The notes: generated from the letters alone by a model not told the origin. A stretch of DNA of 64,000 nt from Leidyana gryllorum EB-2025a (GCA_048772705.1 JBLWGC010000208.1:248001-312000), one strand, 5' to 3'; counted from the stretch's first letter, positions 48,191-61,241 are shown. Program-made: numbers and translations.

Positions 48191-49252
48191 ATGTCGGTTG
48201 CAGAGCGTCTATCATCGTTACGAACACCCCTAACAAGGTCACGAACTCGTCAATTGCGCCATGAAGGCTACACGCGCCGGCTTAGTCCGCAGAGAACTCA
48301 GTCTACGGGTCTAAGCTCGTCAGGAGGCGAAGAAAGTACAATTAAGGCTAAAGAGGCGACTGCCGCCCGCCGGCGAAGAACGGTGCAGCGGAGTCGAGAA
48401 GCTACGACCAAAAGATCTGCCGTGATAAATCCTCAGCCGCTTGAATGGAATTCTGGTGGTGTTGATGATGTACCACGCCCTGTGCCACATGTGGAGGCTG
48501 CAGAAATACCAAGCAAACCTTCTAGCCCTGTGTCTACGTGTCGATACAACCCGCCTGAGTGCTGGGTGAAGCCGACTTTATGGCAGCAGGCGCAGGAAAA
48601 GCTGATTTCTATGCCCAATAGCGATCTATACTGGGTGGGGTCGCAGATGTTGACATGCTTGGTCGTTCGATGGTTTTTGAGGAACCTGGAACAGACGGTA
48701 CAGCTGATAGTGGACTGGTCTGAGACGACTGTGTATCAAAGGATGACTATTCAATGTGGACTGATGTCCACAGCCTGTGGTCTTGCGGTTGTTATTTCAG
48801 GCCTTGTATCAAGGGCTTGCTGTCATGTGATGTGGAGGCATGAGCGTCGTCAACCGTGGCGAGTATTAACCAGCACCGGGGAGCCGTTCATTGACCTTGG
48901 GAATATCATTGGCAGTGGTGTTGGTCGCACAGGACAAACGTTATACATTCTAGGCCAGTTAGTGTTAATTATCTGGGACCATAGCGTGGGTGGTCAGCAC
49001 AAAATGGCAGCAGTTTTGCGGACGACGACATTGCCACATTTGCCGAGGCATGCAGCGATCGATTTGGCTCCAATACTCCTGCTATTCCCAATGATGTGGC
49101 TAAATTACGCTGTTCGTTTGTCATTGGGAAGAGGGTGGCGTGAAGTTGTTTGTGGCTTATGCCTCGGAGTTGTGCTTGGATTTATGTATCAATGGATAAT
49201 GTGGGCGCAACGCGTCACTCACGCGTTTTACACTGGAGTTTTAGATAGTTAG
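48191..49252 (+). CDS. Multi-pass membrane protein, possibly a degenerate PAP2-family member
   Basis: Several TM segments. AVRLSLGRGWREVVCGLCLG resembles the PAP2 C3 region but lacks the catalytic His. Confidence 0.45.
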   Translation: MSVAERLSSLRTPLTRSRTRQLRHEGYTRRLSPQRTQSTGLSSSGGEESTIKAKEATAARRRRTVQRSREATTKRSAVINPQPLEWNSGGVDDVPRPVPHVEAAEIPSKPSSPVSTCRYNPPECWVKPTLWQQAQEKLISMPNSDLYWVGSQMLTCLVVRWFLRNLEQTVQLIVDWSETTVYQRMTIQCGLMSTACGLAVVISGLVSRACCHVMWRHERRQPWRVLTSTGEPFIDLGNIIGSGVGRTGQTLYILGQLVLIIWDHSVGGQHKMAAVLRTTTLPHLPRHAAIDLAPILLLFPMMWLNYAVRLSLGRGWREVVCGLCLGVVLGFMYQWIMWAQRVTHAFYTGVLDS

Positions 49253-49349
49253 AAGAAGGGTTCTATTCCCTGTCGGATTTTCGAGTTTATATATATATTG
49301 GTATTTATATGATGGCTGCCTTTTCTGAGGCATCCACATACACACCCTA

Positions 49350-50300
49350 ATGGTTCGCAAACGGCCTCAAGTGGTACCCCCAACTTTGACCATTCTTCGC
49401 CAACAGGAAAACGACACGATATCACCAGAAGCGTCTGGGACACGGAGTCATTTCCAGCAGCACCATTTGGGCAGCGGTTCCCTGCCGGTTGCCCAAGTGC
49501 AGGAAAATGTGACGTGCTATCGCGATCCTTCCCGGTCCACGACTGCGATTGTGCAGCCATCGCCCTCGGAACGGTCTCCGCCCACTTCGCAATCGCGCGT
49601 TTGGGCTCCCGATGATCGGGAAGTCGACGAATCGGAGTCGATGTTTGGGGCTCCTTCTGTGGAGGAGCGCGCGGGTGGGTGTCACCAGCCTTTAGGAATT
49701 CTGGCTCCTCTTTGGGCGAAAGCAAAGCCATTTTGTGCCATGGCGATCTTGTACAGTGCTTCCAGTGTGCTCGCTACCTGGCTACAAGGGCCTCCGATAA
49801 AAGTCTGGGACGATCTGGGACATCTACATCGAATGGACAGATTGGCTGACGTGGGAAGAAGCATGGCGATAGGATTATTGCTTGAATTAGTGGTGATCAT
49901 CTGCCCGTGTATGCAACCCTATTTGTCCCGATGTACCCTGTGTGGGGATCCCTTCCTGGACATCTTTGGTGCTCGGGGTACCTTGGGATTAGATTCTCGG
50001 ATACTGTACACTTTACTTCAATCGTTCCGTGGTGACAGCGTTCTCTTCAGAACCTCGCCCGGTTTTTGGACAATCAGCAGTTCTGTGGTCCTTGGATTGA
50101 GTTGGTATTGGCATCCAATGACAAAAACAATTCCAACTCCATCTCGTTTTGGTGTCATTTCGACTTACATCCTTGTTTTATTCGAGCATTTCACATGGTC
50201 GCTCATCTTTATATATTATCCACTTTGGCTGGAGTTCGCAGTCCCCTATATGATCTTTCCGTCCATTAACGAACGTGTATTGAACCTCATACGCAAATAG
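49350..50300 (+). CDS. Multi-pass membrane hypothetical protein (weak CPBP/Abi-like pattern)
   Basis: Disordered N-terminus followed by 5-6 hydrophobic segments, including DSVLFR and ISSSVVLGLSW. Confidence 0.5.
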   Translation: MVRKRPQVVPPTLTILRQQENDTISPEASGTRSHFQQHHLGSGSLPVAQVQENVTCYRDPSRSTTAIVQPSPSERSPPTSQSRVWAPDDREVDESESMFGAPSVEERAGGCHQPLGILAPLWAKAKPFCAMAILYSASSVLATWLQGPPIKVWDDLGHLHRMDRLADVGRSMAIGLLLELVVIICPCMQPYLSRCTLCGDPFLDIFGARGTLGLDSRILYTLLQSFRGDSVLFRTSPGFWTISSSVVLGLSWYWHPMTKTIPTPSRFGVISTYILVLFEHFTWSLIFIYYPLWLEFAVPYMIFPSINERVLNLIRK

Positions 50301-50365
50301 CGAGAAGGGTCTTCATCCCCTCTTGCTCTTTATATGTCATCATGTACGGTAAAATTCACCCCCAG

Positions 50366-51049
50366 TCAATATGCCGCATACTCGGTCAGCCGCTTCAGTA
50401 ATTTCCCCTTCGGCAGACGGTCCGAATAGACAACATTTGGCTTATGGATATATCTCAAGTTTCGCAGCTCATGACCTCTTCTCCTGCCATTGAGACGCTT
50501 CCGTATGAAAGACTTTGTCAGCTCGAAAGTCTGCAAGTTACTGCCTCTCGCCTCATAGCCTCGGCTTTCCAACCACGAGTCGATCCACTCGACGTATCCA
50601 GTCCATGTGCCTTTGGCATACGGCCAGGGCTCCCCAGCCACAGCATTCGGGATGGGAACGATGGTGTACGAACAGAAAGGAGCTCGGCTGTAATGTGCGT
50701 AACCGTACTGCACGATCCGGTCTAGATTCAGAGTTCGCAGTATCAGCTCCTCCCCTTCCGCGGACACTATCCCTAGAAACCCATCATGGTTGTCGCGCGT
50801 CGAAGCAAACTCGTTGACCGAATTGGCGCATCCTCGAAAGTACCTTGAACGCCCCGTAATAGTCCCTTCCAATGGGTGCCATTGCTTTACCAAAAAGAAT
50901 AGGACTTCTGGCTCATTGGCACGAATAAGAACATGAGCTCGATCGTAGCTCTCAATAGCCAAGTAAAGGTCTATGGTCGCGAGCAGCATTGAGGTAATAA
51001 GGCTTGGGCTCCGCTTCACCAGATATCTCCTCGTCAGTGGAACTCGCAT
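50366..51049 (-). CDS. Hypothetical protein (about 200 aa), start uncertain
   Basis: 227-codon ORF with globular-looking composition. Its 5' end overlaps the 3' end of the upstream gene. Confidence 0.4.
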   Translation of the reverse strand: MRVPLTRRYLVKRSPSLITSMLLATIDLYLAIESYDRAHVLIRANEPEVLFFLVKQWHPLEGTITGRSRYFRGCANSVNEFASTRDNHDGFLGIVSAEGEELILRTLNLDRIVQYGYAHYSRAPFCSYTIVPIPNAVAGEPWPYAKGTWTGYVEWIDSWLESRGYEARGSNLQTFELTKSFIRKRLNGRRRGHELRNLRYIHKPNVVYSDRLPKGKLLKRLTEYAAY

Positions 51050-53848
51050 TCGCCTCTATCCACAACCTAGCCCGCGCGAAATTTCTGCTAGCACTTTCAG
51101 CCAAGGCGGGGTTGGGCCCCCGTGCATGGCTAGCCAGACCGTTTAGCAGCTCCGCAACTTTCCCTTTGCTGACCAATCTCTGCGTAGCAGGCCCAACAGC
51201 GTGAACGATGCTCGTCATCAAACAACTCTGCGCATAGCTGAGCGGAGAAATCAATGAAATGCCACACACGTGTGCAACCGGACTTACTCTTGGATTTGGG
51301 CAGCAGAACCATCCAGTCGTACGCTTCCGAAGGTACTGAGCAATCGGAACCCCTCTTCCAGCGCGTCTACTGCGTCAATATTGTTGCCAACCACAGCTAG
51401 CAAGAGTCCAGCGGCTTGCACAGCTGCTTGCACCGGCCCAATATCAAATTCAGGCTGTTTCATTGATACCAGCCAATCTCCGGCGGTGACAAACAAATGA
51501 GCGACTAGCCCTGCACCCGAGGTCTGCAGCACTCGCTGAGCAGCTTGTTCTGGCATATACTTCATTGACTTGGATCTCAACACCGAGACTCGAGCCAGCT
51601 TCCTGAAAGGAGAGCTCTAGGTGGTGTCAAGGAGATGAGCGACTCACAGAAAAGCTCGCTGGAGAGATCCGCAGATAATCAAGCGAGTCCCACATGTTGC
51701 TCGGTTCATATAGGCCCACCACTTCTTCGAGATCGGCAGGCTGAAGGAGTGTCAGTAACGTCGAAAGTTTAAACCAGGTGGTTACTTACAGGGGATTGGA
51801 GTGGTTCTCTCCGAGTGCATTGCCCGTCAATATGGCTAGCCACCATAGACTAAGGCATTCCTCGGTTGCGACTCGTAATTGATGGGTGGTGCCGCCAGTT
51901 GGCTCACAAACCGCGGTGAATGCCTCCTCGGCAACAGCTTGCAGCTGCACGATAGCGGAGCGGAAAAAAGCGGTATGTTCGCGTGTTTTGCTCTCGAGGC
52001 AGGCGGAGGGGGCGAGTCGGTCAAGAATCAGTTCCTCAAGTTTAGCTGGCATTTCGTGGGTGATCACTGTCGCAACAGTCCACTGACTTGCTGCGGAATC
52101 CATTTTGATTCGCAGTCCCGGAGTTTGCATTGCTCCAGTGAGCTCCAGGCTGGCGCCTAACGTATTGATTTCCCCCGCTTTGACACGTTGCCTGAGCCGT
52201 TCAACGCAGTGGTAGAGAGAAAGCGAGGGATAGAGAGGCTCAGTCGCTTTTCTGTACGCCTCCTTGATGCTGTCATTGAGGTTGAGTTGCCGTGGAGGCG
52301 CAGAGTCGATGCGTTCAGCCTCCTCGAAGAATGCATCATCTGCGGTCTTCTTCCCAAAGCCGATACAAACGATATCATTCTCTTCATCGGGCACGTTGGT
52401 GTCTGCGGTCGGTGATGGGTCATCACCAGCCACGGTACTTTGTGCAGTCGACTTGTTGATCGGAGCGAGTTGCGGTGCCGCTGACACAGTTTGAGTGTCA
52501 TCCGGTGGCTCAACGAAACCCAAAATCTCGGCGGCACTTTGATCTGAGGGTAGCTGAAACTGGTCGTGAGGTGACATCCGGACGATTCCACAGGCAACAG
52601 CCAGAAAGTAGACTAAGAGACGGCTGTTGCGGTCCCACTCAATCCATAGCAGTTCTCCTCTGGGCACAGTTGCCATCTCTTTGTCCCAATAATCACCGAG
52701 GACCCTCTCGGGGACCTCCGCCTTGGCGGAGGAAGATGTCTTGAGATCCCGCAACTGGGCCATGCGCCAGGCAAAGTAGGATTCTGCCACGGGTGCAGAC
52801 ACGTAGCGGGGCAGCGGGAGGTAAGATGCCGATCTGAGGGCCAGACCTGCCTCGATCTGAGGCAACATCAAAGCAGTGAGGGGAGTAATGTATTGTTTAC
52901 CTGGTCGGGGGTGGCGACTGGCGGGCTCAGTTTGGTGTCGGGAAGTCGGAAGTACATTCCCAAAGCAGTGGCTATAGAGATCTCGGTAGTGACAACAGCC
53001 GAGACAGTGCCGGCCCATATGTTGGCTGCCCATTCGGCAGTGCGATTTTGAAGTTCCTTAGGGGCATAGAGCATTATGACCATCGTCAGAATGGGTTGGC
53101 TCAGAACACCGACTGAGGGATCACTAAGCCAAGCTCGCTCGTGGACTCCAAGTTGTGATTCCCATAGATCTCGCTTCTGAGTGAAGTCGAAGAAGTGTTT
53201 GACGAGAGATATGGGACCGGAGAGGAGAGCCTGGGAGTTGGACTCGGTGATGATTTTGAAGGCCCCAGCCACCACACGTAGAACAGCAAAAACAAGGCGT
53301 ACACGATGGTGGCCCCGAACACTGCATGTTACGTCCAAAATCTGGGTCAGTTGGTGTTGAGTGGATTCCATGGATCCGCTTGCAGAGGTCAATGTGGAGA
53401 TCAGGTAATGGTGAAATCCAATTAGACCGCATCGAACACTCAAACGATTGACTGCCGCTGAGTTCTTAGAGTGAAAGGCAGCGAGCCACAGTCTGTTTTC
53501 GACCAATGGCAGGCGATGGAGCGGCAAAGTCAATATATCCTCAGTGATCTCCGCGAGTCGGCAACTACTTGTTGACTCGGACAAGATGGCAGAGTGAAGG
53601 CTCTCAAAGAAATCGGGACTCTCGTCGGTATGACGGCCACGCAGTAAAGCAAAGCCGTGACGGCGAGCTCTCTCATCACACTCATTGGCCGTGTCCTCGT
53701 CCTCTTGAGTGATTGATGGGTGCAGAAGGTAGTGCAAAGTCGCACACACTTCCGACTCGTTCCACGCGTTTGGTGATATGTGACCGCACACCTTATGTAC
53801 ATGGCAGTCACACAAGAAGGCTCGCAGTTCCCCACTCAAAGGAGACAT
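50952..53848 (-). CDS. Large alpha-helical hypothetical protein (about 5 exons)
   Basis: GT-AG introns join ORFs 52868-53851, 51786-53033, 51284-51583 and 50952-51269 in frame, with an extra small exon at about 51647-51741. Confidence 0.6.
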
Positions 53849-53915
53849 CACACACCATTCCTAAGCCAACGGAAAGTTTTGTATAATCGAAAGCGACGAC
53901 GAAAGTTCAGATATA

Positions 53916-54112
53916 ATGGGTGACCTTCAACATGACTTGGATCGTGAAGCCCGCAAGGCCAAGCGCAACATCCGCAAATGTGGCAACGACTTTGAGGACA
54001 CTTTCTGCGGCTGCTTCAAACAGAGCCGTACTAGCAGTAAGCCAAACACACCCACACACACACTGTGCAATCTGTTGACGTCACAGAGATCGAGAGAGCT
54101 TTCAAGCGCTGA
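53916..54112 (+). CDS. Micro-protein 1 (48 aa, 2 exons), Cys-containing
   Basis: MGDLQHDLDREARKAKRNIRKCGNDFEDTFCGCFKQSRTS/KIERAFKR*, with an intron at 54037-54086. Paralogous to 54401-54588. Confidence 0.7.
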
Positions 54113-54400
54113 GTGATCTGTTATTGTTGGAGTGGGCGGCGAGAGACTTGTGTGAGGTTATGTTTACGATTCGTTAATTCAGTTTGTGTCGGCACGGCTA
54201 AGCCTGGCCGGTGGTCATTTTTCGTGTCTCTGTGTAACCGAACACCAACTCTCGCGCGCGCGTTGAGCGGATTCCCTTTTTCTATCACTCGCTACTGTAT
54301 CAGATTGGTTGTGTGCGACCGTTTTCGAGTGGTGAAGAGATCGCATGCGAGGTGAATAGTTAGGGTGTACCTATTTTTTGGGTGCGAACAGTCCTCAAAG

Positions 54401-54588
54401 ATGGAGAAGTTGGTGAAAGACGTTGAGAAGCACAGCAAGAAGGGCACACGGACGCTCGGACAGTGTCTGGGCGACATTAGTGATGCGATCTTTGGTTGCT
54501 GCAAATCGACTGGCCGGGGTGAGTGAGAGTCCAATTGTGTGATCCGTCATTTTGGTCCCGTGCAGCTATCGACAAAGCGGTCAAGTAA
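54401..54588 (+). CDS. Micro-protein 2 (46 aa, 2 exons), Cys-containing; absent from the ORF track
   Basis: MEKLVKDVEKHSKKGTRTLGQCLGDISDAIFGCCKSTGR/AIDKAVK*, with an intron at 54519-54565 in the same phase and position as in micro-protein 1. Confidence 0.7.
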
Positions 54589-54690
54589 CTGCAGCTGGAG
54601 AGCGCCGCGTAGTGTGTGTCTACTTTATTTTTGAGAGTGTGTTGTTAGTTCTCACACAAGTCCATCACAAAACCGACAGAATTAACTTGT

Positions 54691-56595
54691 TCACATTCCT
54701 TCCCGTCTTCTGGGAGCGCAACGGATGACGTTATCTACGCGAATGATCTAAAAATGGGAGGGGGGTGTCTGATTCTGCAGCCGAATCCAAATAACAATAT
54801 TACCTGTTCTGCAGCTTCAGCAGCCGCGACAAGTTGTGAGAGCTTGGCTTTGTAACTTTCGAAAACACCCAATTCCTTCATGTTTCCGACCTCCCCAGCA
54901 TTCATATCTGAAAGAGGACCGACCAATGGAGCATCGTGCAGCAGCCCATACTTACCGACACCCATCTGCTTGGAACCGCTGGCATGGAGTGCGCGGAGCT
55001 TAGCCACAATCTCAGCAGAGTCGAACCCGCCATTATCGAGCAGCACTGTCGGGATTTGGAGGAGAGCCTCACCGAAAGCTTCGATGGCCAAAGACTTCTT
55101 GCCTTCGACTGTGCGTGCGAGACGCACCACCGCGTCGGCCATGGCCATCTCGGCTGCTCCACCGCCGAACACGATGAGAGGCTCCTGACAGGTCTGAGAC
55201 AGAATGGCCAAAGCGTCGTGGAGAGATCTCTCGGCCTCATCCAAGACGTGTTCGGAGGCACCGCGCAGGACGATAGTGCACGCCTCAGATCTGGCGCATC
55301 CCGTGAAACGGATGGCTTTATCCTCTCCAATCAGAATCTCTTCAATCTTGTCACAGTGGCCGAGCTTAGTCTCGTCGGGGTGGTCAAAAGTAGACACAAT
55401 CTCTCCACCCAAAGCGGCAGCCAGCCGCTCCATACCGTCAAAGTCGGAGTGCTCGATGGCCATGACACCTGATGAGACGACACAAAGAGTTGGCATAGAA
55501 AGCGGCGGCCACGACTCACCTGCATCTTTGAACAGCTGATCGGGATAGTTATAGATCAGTTGACGGTTGATAAAGACATTGCATTTATGAGCCAAGATTT
55601 TCTCAACTTTGGCCTTCATCTTATCCCTCTCAGCCTGCTCGATGGAAGCGACAGTGTCAAAGTCCTCAGCCGCGACCTTAGCGCCGAAAATCTGGAGTGA
55701 TGCAGAGAAATAGAGGGTCTGATGGACAAAGCGGACACCTCACCTTGATTTTGTCAGAGTCCATAGGGGTGTTAGCGATCATAATGTTGCAGTCGGTGAG
55801 GACCTTAGGTTGGCCAACACCAATGCGCTTCTCGAGGATGAAACCCTCTTCCAAAGCTGACTCTCGGAGGGAACCGCCCTTCTTTTTGATGATTTGGATC
55901 AGATCCAAGTTGTTCTTGTATTTGAGACGAAGAATCGCGTTGACGGCTAAATCAGCAAAATGCTCCTTCTCGTGGTGAAGCAGTTTACTCGAGAGTGTAG
56001 TCATCGCAATCTTCTTCAAGTTGGCCTTGAAAGCCTCCTCGTCACCCTCGTGATCAAACGCAATGTCATTGAGACGATCCCGGGCAACTTTTGCGGCCAT
56101 TCGATATCCCTCGATGATGGCCTGCGGGTGAATGCGACGGTCCACCAGCTTCTCAGCTTGACGCAACATCTCGGCAGCCAGTACCACAACTCCAGTGGTG
56201 CCGTCACCACACTGAGCATCCTGACGCTTCGAGACATCTGATACACAAACAGCCGTTTTCCCAAACACACTCTGCCTCTCGCAAGACTCTTACCTACGAG
56301 GATCTTGGCAGCAGGATTGTCGAGCCAAATGCTGTTGAGGATAGTGGCTCCGTCGTTGGTTACATTGGTCTTGCGTAAATGGGCGCCCTCGCCTCCCATG
56401 GGCTGCAAGATCTTGTCCATTCCTTTCGGACCGAGTGTGCTTTTCATGAGGTCGCCAACACCAATGGCTCCAATGAAGCATTGCATCCGCGCATTCTCTC
56501 CGCGGTCTTCATGACCTCCTTGCTGGAGAATTTGGGGAACGACCTGTCAGTTTACAATGTCAACACATCACTTTCCTTTCCACACTTACATTCAT
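54691..56595 (-). CDS. CCT2: T-complex protein 1 subunit beta (chaperonin CCT2), multi-exon
   Basis: Motifs [48 protein letters not shown] and [11 protein letters not shown]. Ends CAPRRREGM*. Confidence 0.96.
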
Positions 56596-56761
56596 AGCTG
56601 CAAAAGACCCGCAAAATTTCCCACCCCATTTTCGATTCCTAAACCATTCATTCACTCACTCAATCATCCAACAACTGACCAAATTATCTCTACGTTTCAA
56701 GTTTATACGGGAAGTTCAGCGTCAACAACGGCTAACTGTGTAATGTTTAACAACATTTAAA

Positions 56762-57884
56762 TCACAAATATGTGATGCAGCCTGCAATCCACTCAGAGAA
56801 CTCCCGCTCGTTGATGCCCGCTTTACTGCAAACCCACACACAAATCAAACCAAACCCACTCTATCAAAACGCACCTGTGGGTATCCAGGCAATTATAGAT
56901 GAGTGCCAAGTCGGCGCAAGTGAACTCGCATCGACCGCCCGAAAAGTCCGCGCATAGCCGGTTAAACTCCTCTGCAAAGGGGAGAGACGTCAGTCACAGC
57001 ACACGCACACACGAATTGAGGGAACTCACCAGGCTTCATTCCATGGGGGGGATCCAAGACAGCGTATTTGGCAAACAACTCCGGTGCGTTCCCTTTGTAC
57101 TGCACCCGCATTTGCTTCCGCGCACGCTCCAATTTGAGCGACTTTTGTACCCCCTGATAGCGAACACCATAGATTGTCACCCTGAAATCGTCCATCGGCC
57201 AACTTACGATTGCAAACCCCACCACTGCCACCGTAATCACGAACATTGAACAGATGAGCGATACCAAAGTCCAGAATCCCGACGCGCGAGAACCTTGAGT
57301 AGGCCACAAAGATCCAGCGATCATCGTACCTGACCGGACCTCTATCGACCCCCCAAGATTTGCGATACACGCACCCAGAAAGAACAGCCACAAGGATTTC
57401 CCAGTCAGTCTTGTGATGAAAAGAAAGTGAATTCGGATCATACGTCTATACCGCGCAGCCCATACAGGCGCCCCCGGCACATCCAACACCATCACGATGC
57501 AGCCAAAGATCCTGCAAAGCATCAAATACAAAGACCTCCACTTTAAGCTTACAGCAAGAACACCCCCAACAAAAGCCCAGCAAAGCTCAACCTCAGTATG
57601 CTCGCGAAGATGGAGGCAAAGGCAGATAGTATCGTTACCCATCCAGCCATGAAGAATAACGTTGTATGTCTGCAATTTAAGCGACCAAGACTCCTCTCAA
57701 TCCTCTCGCCTGCAGCCTCCATACGATCTGCTACGTGGGCACCCGAGGTTGGAGGTGCCGTAAAACGCCCTTGGATTAGCAGCTGCTGCTGCTGTTCCAC
57801 CGCAGCACCTGCCACCCAGACGCATACAACACAAATACACTTCGAGATTCAATTACCTTCCCCTTCATCGTAGTGGGGCATCAT
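56762..57884 (-). CDS. COPI-associated (TVP15-like) membrane protein with a C-terminal EF-hand-like pair, multi-exon
   Basis: Four TM segments including HFLFITRLTGKSLWLFFLG. The spliced tail reads LFAKYAVLD..MKPEEFNRLC...IYNCLDTHSKAGINEREFSEWI. Confidence 0.65.
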
Positions 57885-57984
57885 TGAGCTAGCTAGAGAT
57901 GATGACGGCGAAAAATATATATTCCAAGTCGCTACTGCACCACGCGATACTTCGTCACCAACCCTCTCAAACCCCTTTTTTTTC

Positions 57985-60900
57985 TTATGCCGTCTTCGTA
58001 GGACTAATTGGCGTGGTCGCCGCCCGTCCTTTCATCTCCTTCGGCGATAACTCAGTACTATAACTCGCCGCCTCCGCTGGCACAGCTGCTGTATGGGCAG
58101 TCTGCAGCCGGAACCGATTGATCACGCTCTCTTCCAATTCTGCAGTCAACCCAGCTGCATCCAAGATAGAATCAGCTGATACTATCAATGTGCTCTTGCT
58201 CACCAAACTCGTCGTTCGGGACGTCGTCGTCACTTATCAGCTCCGGAACAAAACGTTGCGGCCGTGCAACACGCTTCGTCCGGCCATCACACGTGACCCG
58301 ACGACGACGATGACGATTCGAATGAGCTCTCAAGTTGCCCCACAGCCGGTCCTCCTCACCACCTGGGCCCCCCACAGACTTCCGGAGCGAAGTTGAACAG
58401 GCGCGACGACGACTCCCTGCAAATGCTTCTTCAAACTCCTCCTCCGGACGTGGTTCGGGCTGATCCGTTCGACAACTCTCGAGCGTATTCTGCGATGACA
58501 GGGAAACCGGGTGCTCGTTCTTGCTGTTGTTCGGCAGAGGCGGTAGATTGAATGAGTGCTTCCGCATCACCGAGGACCTGCATAAGCAATCCATCATGAC
58601 GGCGACGTGCGGACAAGATCGGTTGTGTACAAGCTGTGAGGGTAAAACTGTTGCTACCGTTGTCGTCTTCTCGCAACAACGACAACGATGAGGGACGACG
58701 CCCCATTCTTATCGATCGATTCAAAATGCCAACCGAGCCTTCTTGCCCAACATCCTCGCAATGTCTGTGTAGGGAGGGACAACCCTGGCTGCCAGCGTGT
58801 TGTGGCTTACCGGTCGGTAGCTGCTGCCTCGCTGCCTTGATCCATCCGGATATGTTCCACTGTACTGCTCGCGGGACTGCCCAAATGATGCATACGGCGA
58901 GCTGCAACACTGCCGTCAGTACTCGGGTCGTGATATCCTGGCCTCAGACAATTAGGGAGGAAAGGCGGTAACTCAAATCCATCCAATTTCATATTAACAA
59001 AATGAACCGCCAATGCGTATTCGTACAAATCCAGGAAACCGTCCTTTGACACATCCGCCAAATTCCATATTCTAACAAGAGAAGGCCTATGATCCGATCC
59101 CATGGTGCTGCACTCACCTATGAAGGACTGATGTTGGTAATTTACACTTCTCCAGAAACGGCTTAGCTTGGCTACCACTAACAAGATTGGTGCTTGGGTC
59201 AGGACCCATGGCTTCAAATTCCGCTTTGTGTATCATTGGGTTGGGAGGCGTCATTAAGTACTTCTTGAACGCCCATGGTGGAAGGTCCAGTTGCTGGAGC
59301 TCCTTCTCCAAAATCTCCACTGCGTCTTTGGGAATAGATCGGCCAGCTGTATCTATCTCGGTAAAGAATGGCGAACGAGCCAGCCCAGTCAAATGGGGTG
59401 GTGGTCGAGAAGCGGAAAATCCCTGAGCCTGAATCAAGAAGGAACAGGTCAACAGTTAGCGTATAGCGCAAAGAGGACGTGAAAACAGCCTTATCGGTAG
59501 CATCTCGCCGTCGGGCAGATCAGTGCTGCCGCTTGACACAGGCGCTTCGAAAAACTTGTGTCTGATGGGTCTGTGGCACACCCCTTAGATGTGCGAGGAA
59601 GTGGTAGTGTCAGCGCTTCGGCGACGGTGGTGCCACAGAGACGGTGTGAGGGGAGCGTTCGTGTCGGGGATCTTGCCTAATAGTTCAGGTATGCGGCAAC
59701 TGACCTCTTCTTTGGGGATCATACGAGTGAGGGCTGCGATTTTGGTCTGAAGCATTTGGTCTAGCTGACGGATCCGTCTGAGCTCTAGTTTAGGGAATTT
59801 GTGGAAATCTCCGATTTTGGACAGGGCTTCGCGGACCTCCGCCTCAGGAGGGAAATCTGATATTGGGAGCTGATGCTGTTTGGCTAAGGTCTGATATATT
59901 TCAGTGAGATTGTTGAGAAGCTGATTCTGCTTCGATTGGCGCCCTATAATCGGCATTTGCTTCCGCAAATGGTCCATCAGGAGGCAATGGACGCGGCAAA
60001 GTCGTACGCGCTTCAAGAAGTCATCAATCTTCCGAGCGGCAGATCTCGCTGGGAGAGCAAAGATCATTTTGAAAAGATCATCAGACTGCAGAACCGGAGA
60101 AAACAATACTTGGCTGGACAATTCGGTGTGATAGTCTCACCTCCGCCTCGAACAGTTTGCGTGAGTCTTCATTCTGTAGTGGTTGATCCCAAAATGATCC
60201 AATGTGGATTTTGGGTACTTCTGGTGCTGGCATTACTTTGCCCAAACTCCACATCAAGGCTCCGTATACACGCATAAGCTGTTGTGCCGACACGCTATCT
60301 GCTTTGTTGAGCAGTATGCAGACTTTGGAGTCATTGCCTCTGAAGAAAAAATCACCCCAAGCCGTCATGGTCTCACTCACTTTAGCGCCTGGATACAGCG
60401 ACGGAACTCGTCACTGATATCAAGTTTGTGCGCGTCGAAGAACAACAACACCAAGTCAACGCGCTCGGCAAACCATTTGATGACACCCTCGAAGTCGTAT
60501 CCTCTTTCCCATTGCTTGTTTCCAGCAAGCACACCAGGCGTGTCGATCAGCGTAACCCCTTCGAGATGTATGCGTTCAGCTGAGCACACGGTTGGAGCTT
60601 CCTACCTTTGAACACCGAGGAGTGAACATGGACTACCTCGAACCTCGACAGGAAACCTGGACCGAAGTTCTCTAACTGGGACCATGGCAGGCTTCGATCT
60701 ACCACAGCCGCATGGCCGGGTAGCACCTGCGCCGGCACGCAACTAGGCGTGTGCGTCTCGCAGTCGCCGTTGATTCCATCGCCAGCGGTACCAGTGGCTG
60801 TTTTATTGGTGTGGCAGACAGCCACAAATTTGTCAGTGGTAGGTTCAGGTCCGATGCGTAGGCCAGGATAGTCCTTTTCCAACAGGTGGCGCACAAATGT

Positions 60901-61163
60901 TGTCTACCAGAAGCTATGCTATCGTTTTGCAGTGGGCTCACCTTGCCGGTGGAATATTGACCTAGCAACAGAACCATAGGCGTGGCCTTGAAGTCGCCAT
61001 CAGTCATGACAGGCGAATAGAACTGCGCGTAGCGGAAGTCACGTTCCAAGGGTAGTAAATGCATTTTGTACATCTCCGCCAGCCCGGCTGTGATCGAGCT
61101 GAAGGATTCGACTGGCGGAGCATTGCTAGCGCCCTTGGCTACGGCCTTTTTCCAGATTGACAT
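57985..61163 (-). CDS. EHD: EH-domain-containing dynamin-like ATPase (EHD/RME-1), multi-exon
   Basis: Motifs [44 protein letters not shown] and IGSFWD, with EH domain [14 protein letters not shown]. The 3' end is uncertain. Confidence 0.92.
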
Positions 61164-61241
61164 TGGTCGCGTCGGTGTGCGCACCGTGTTTGGTGGACGC
61201 TTTTCACTGCCGGCGGGTAGGGTAGTGCCAAAATTGTGAGA

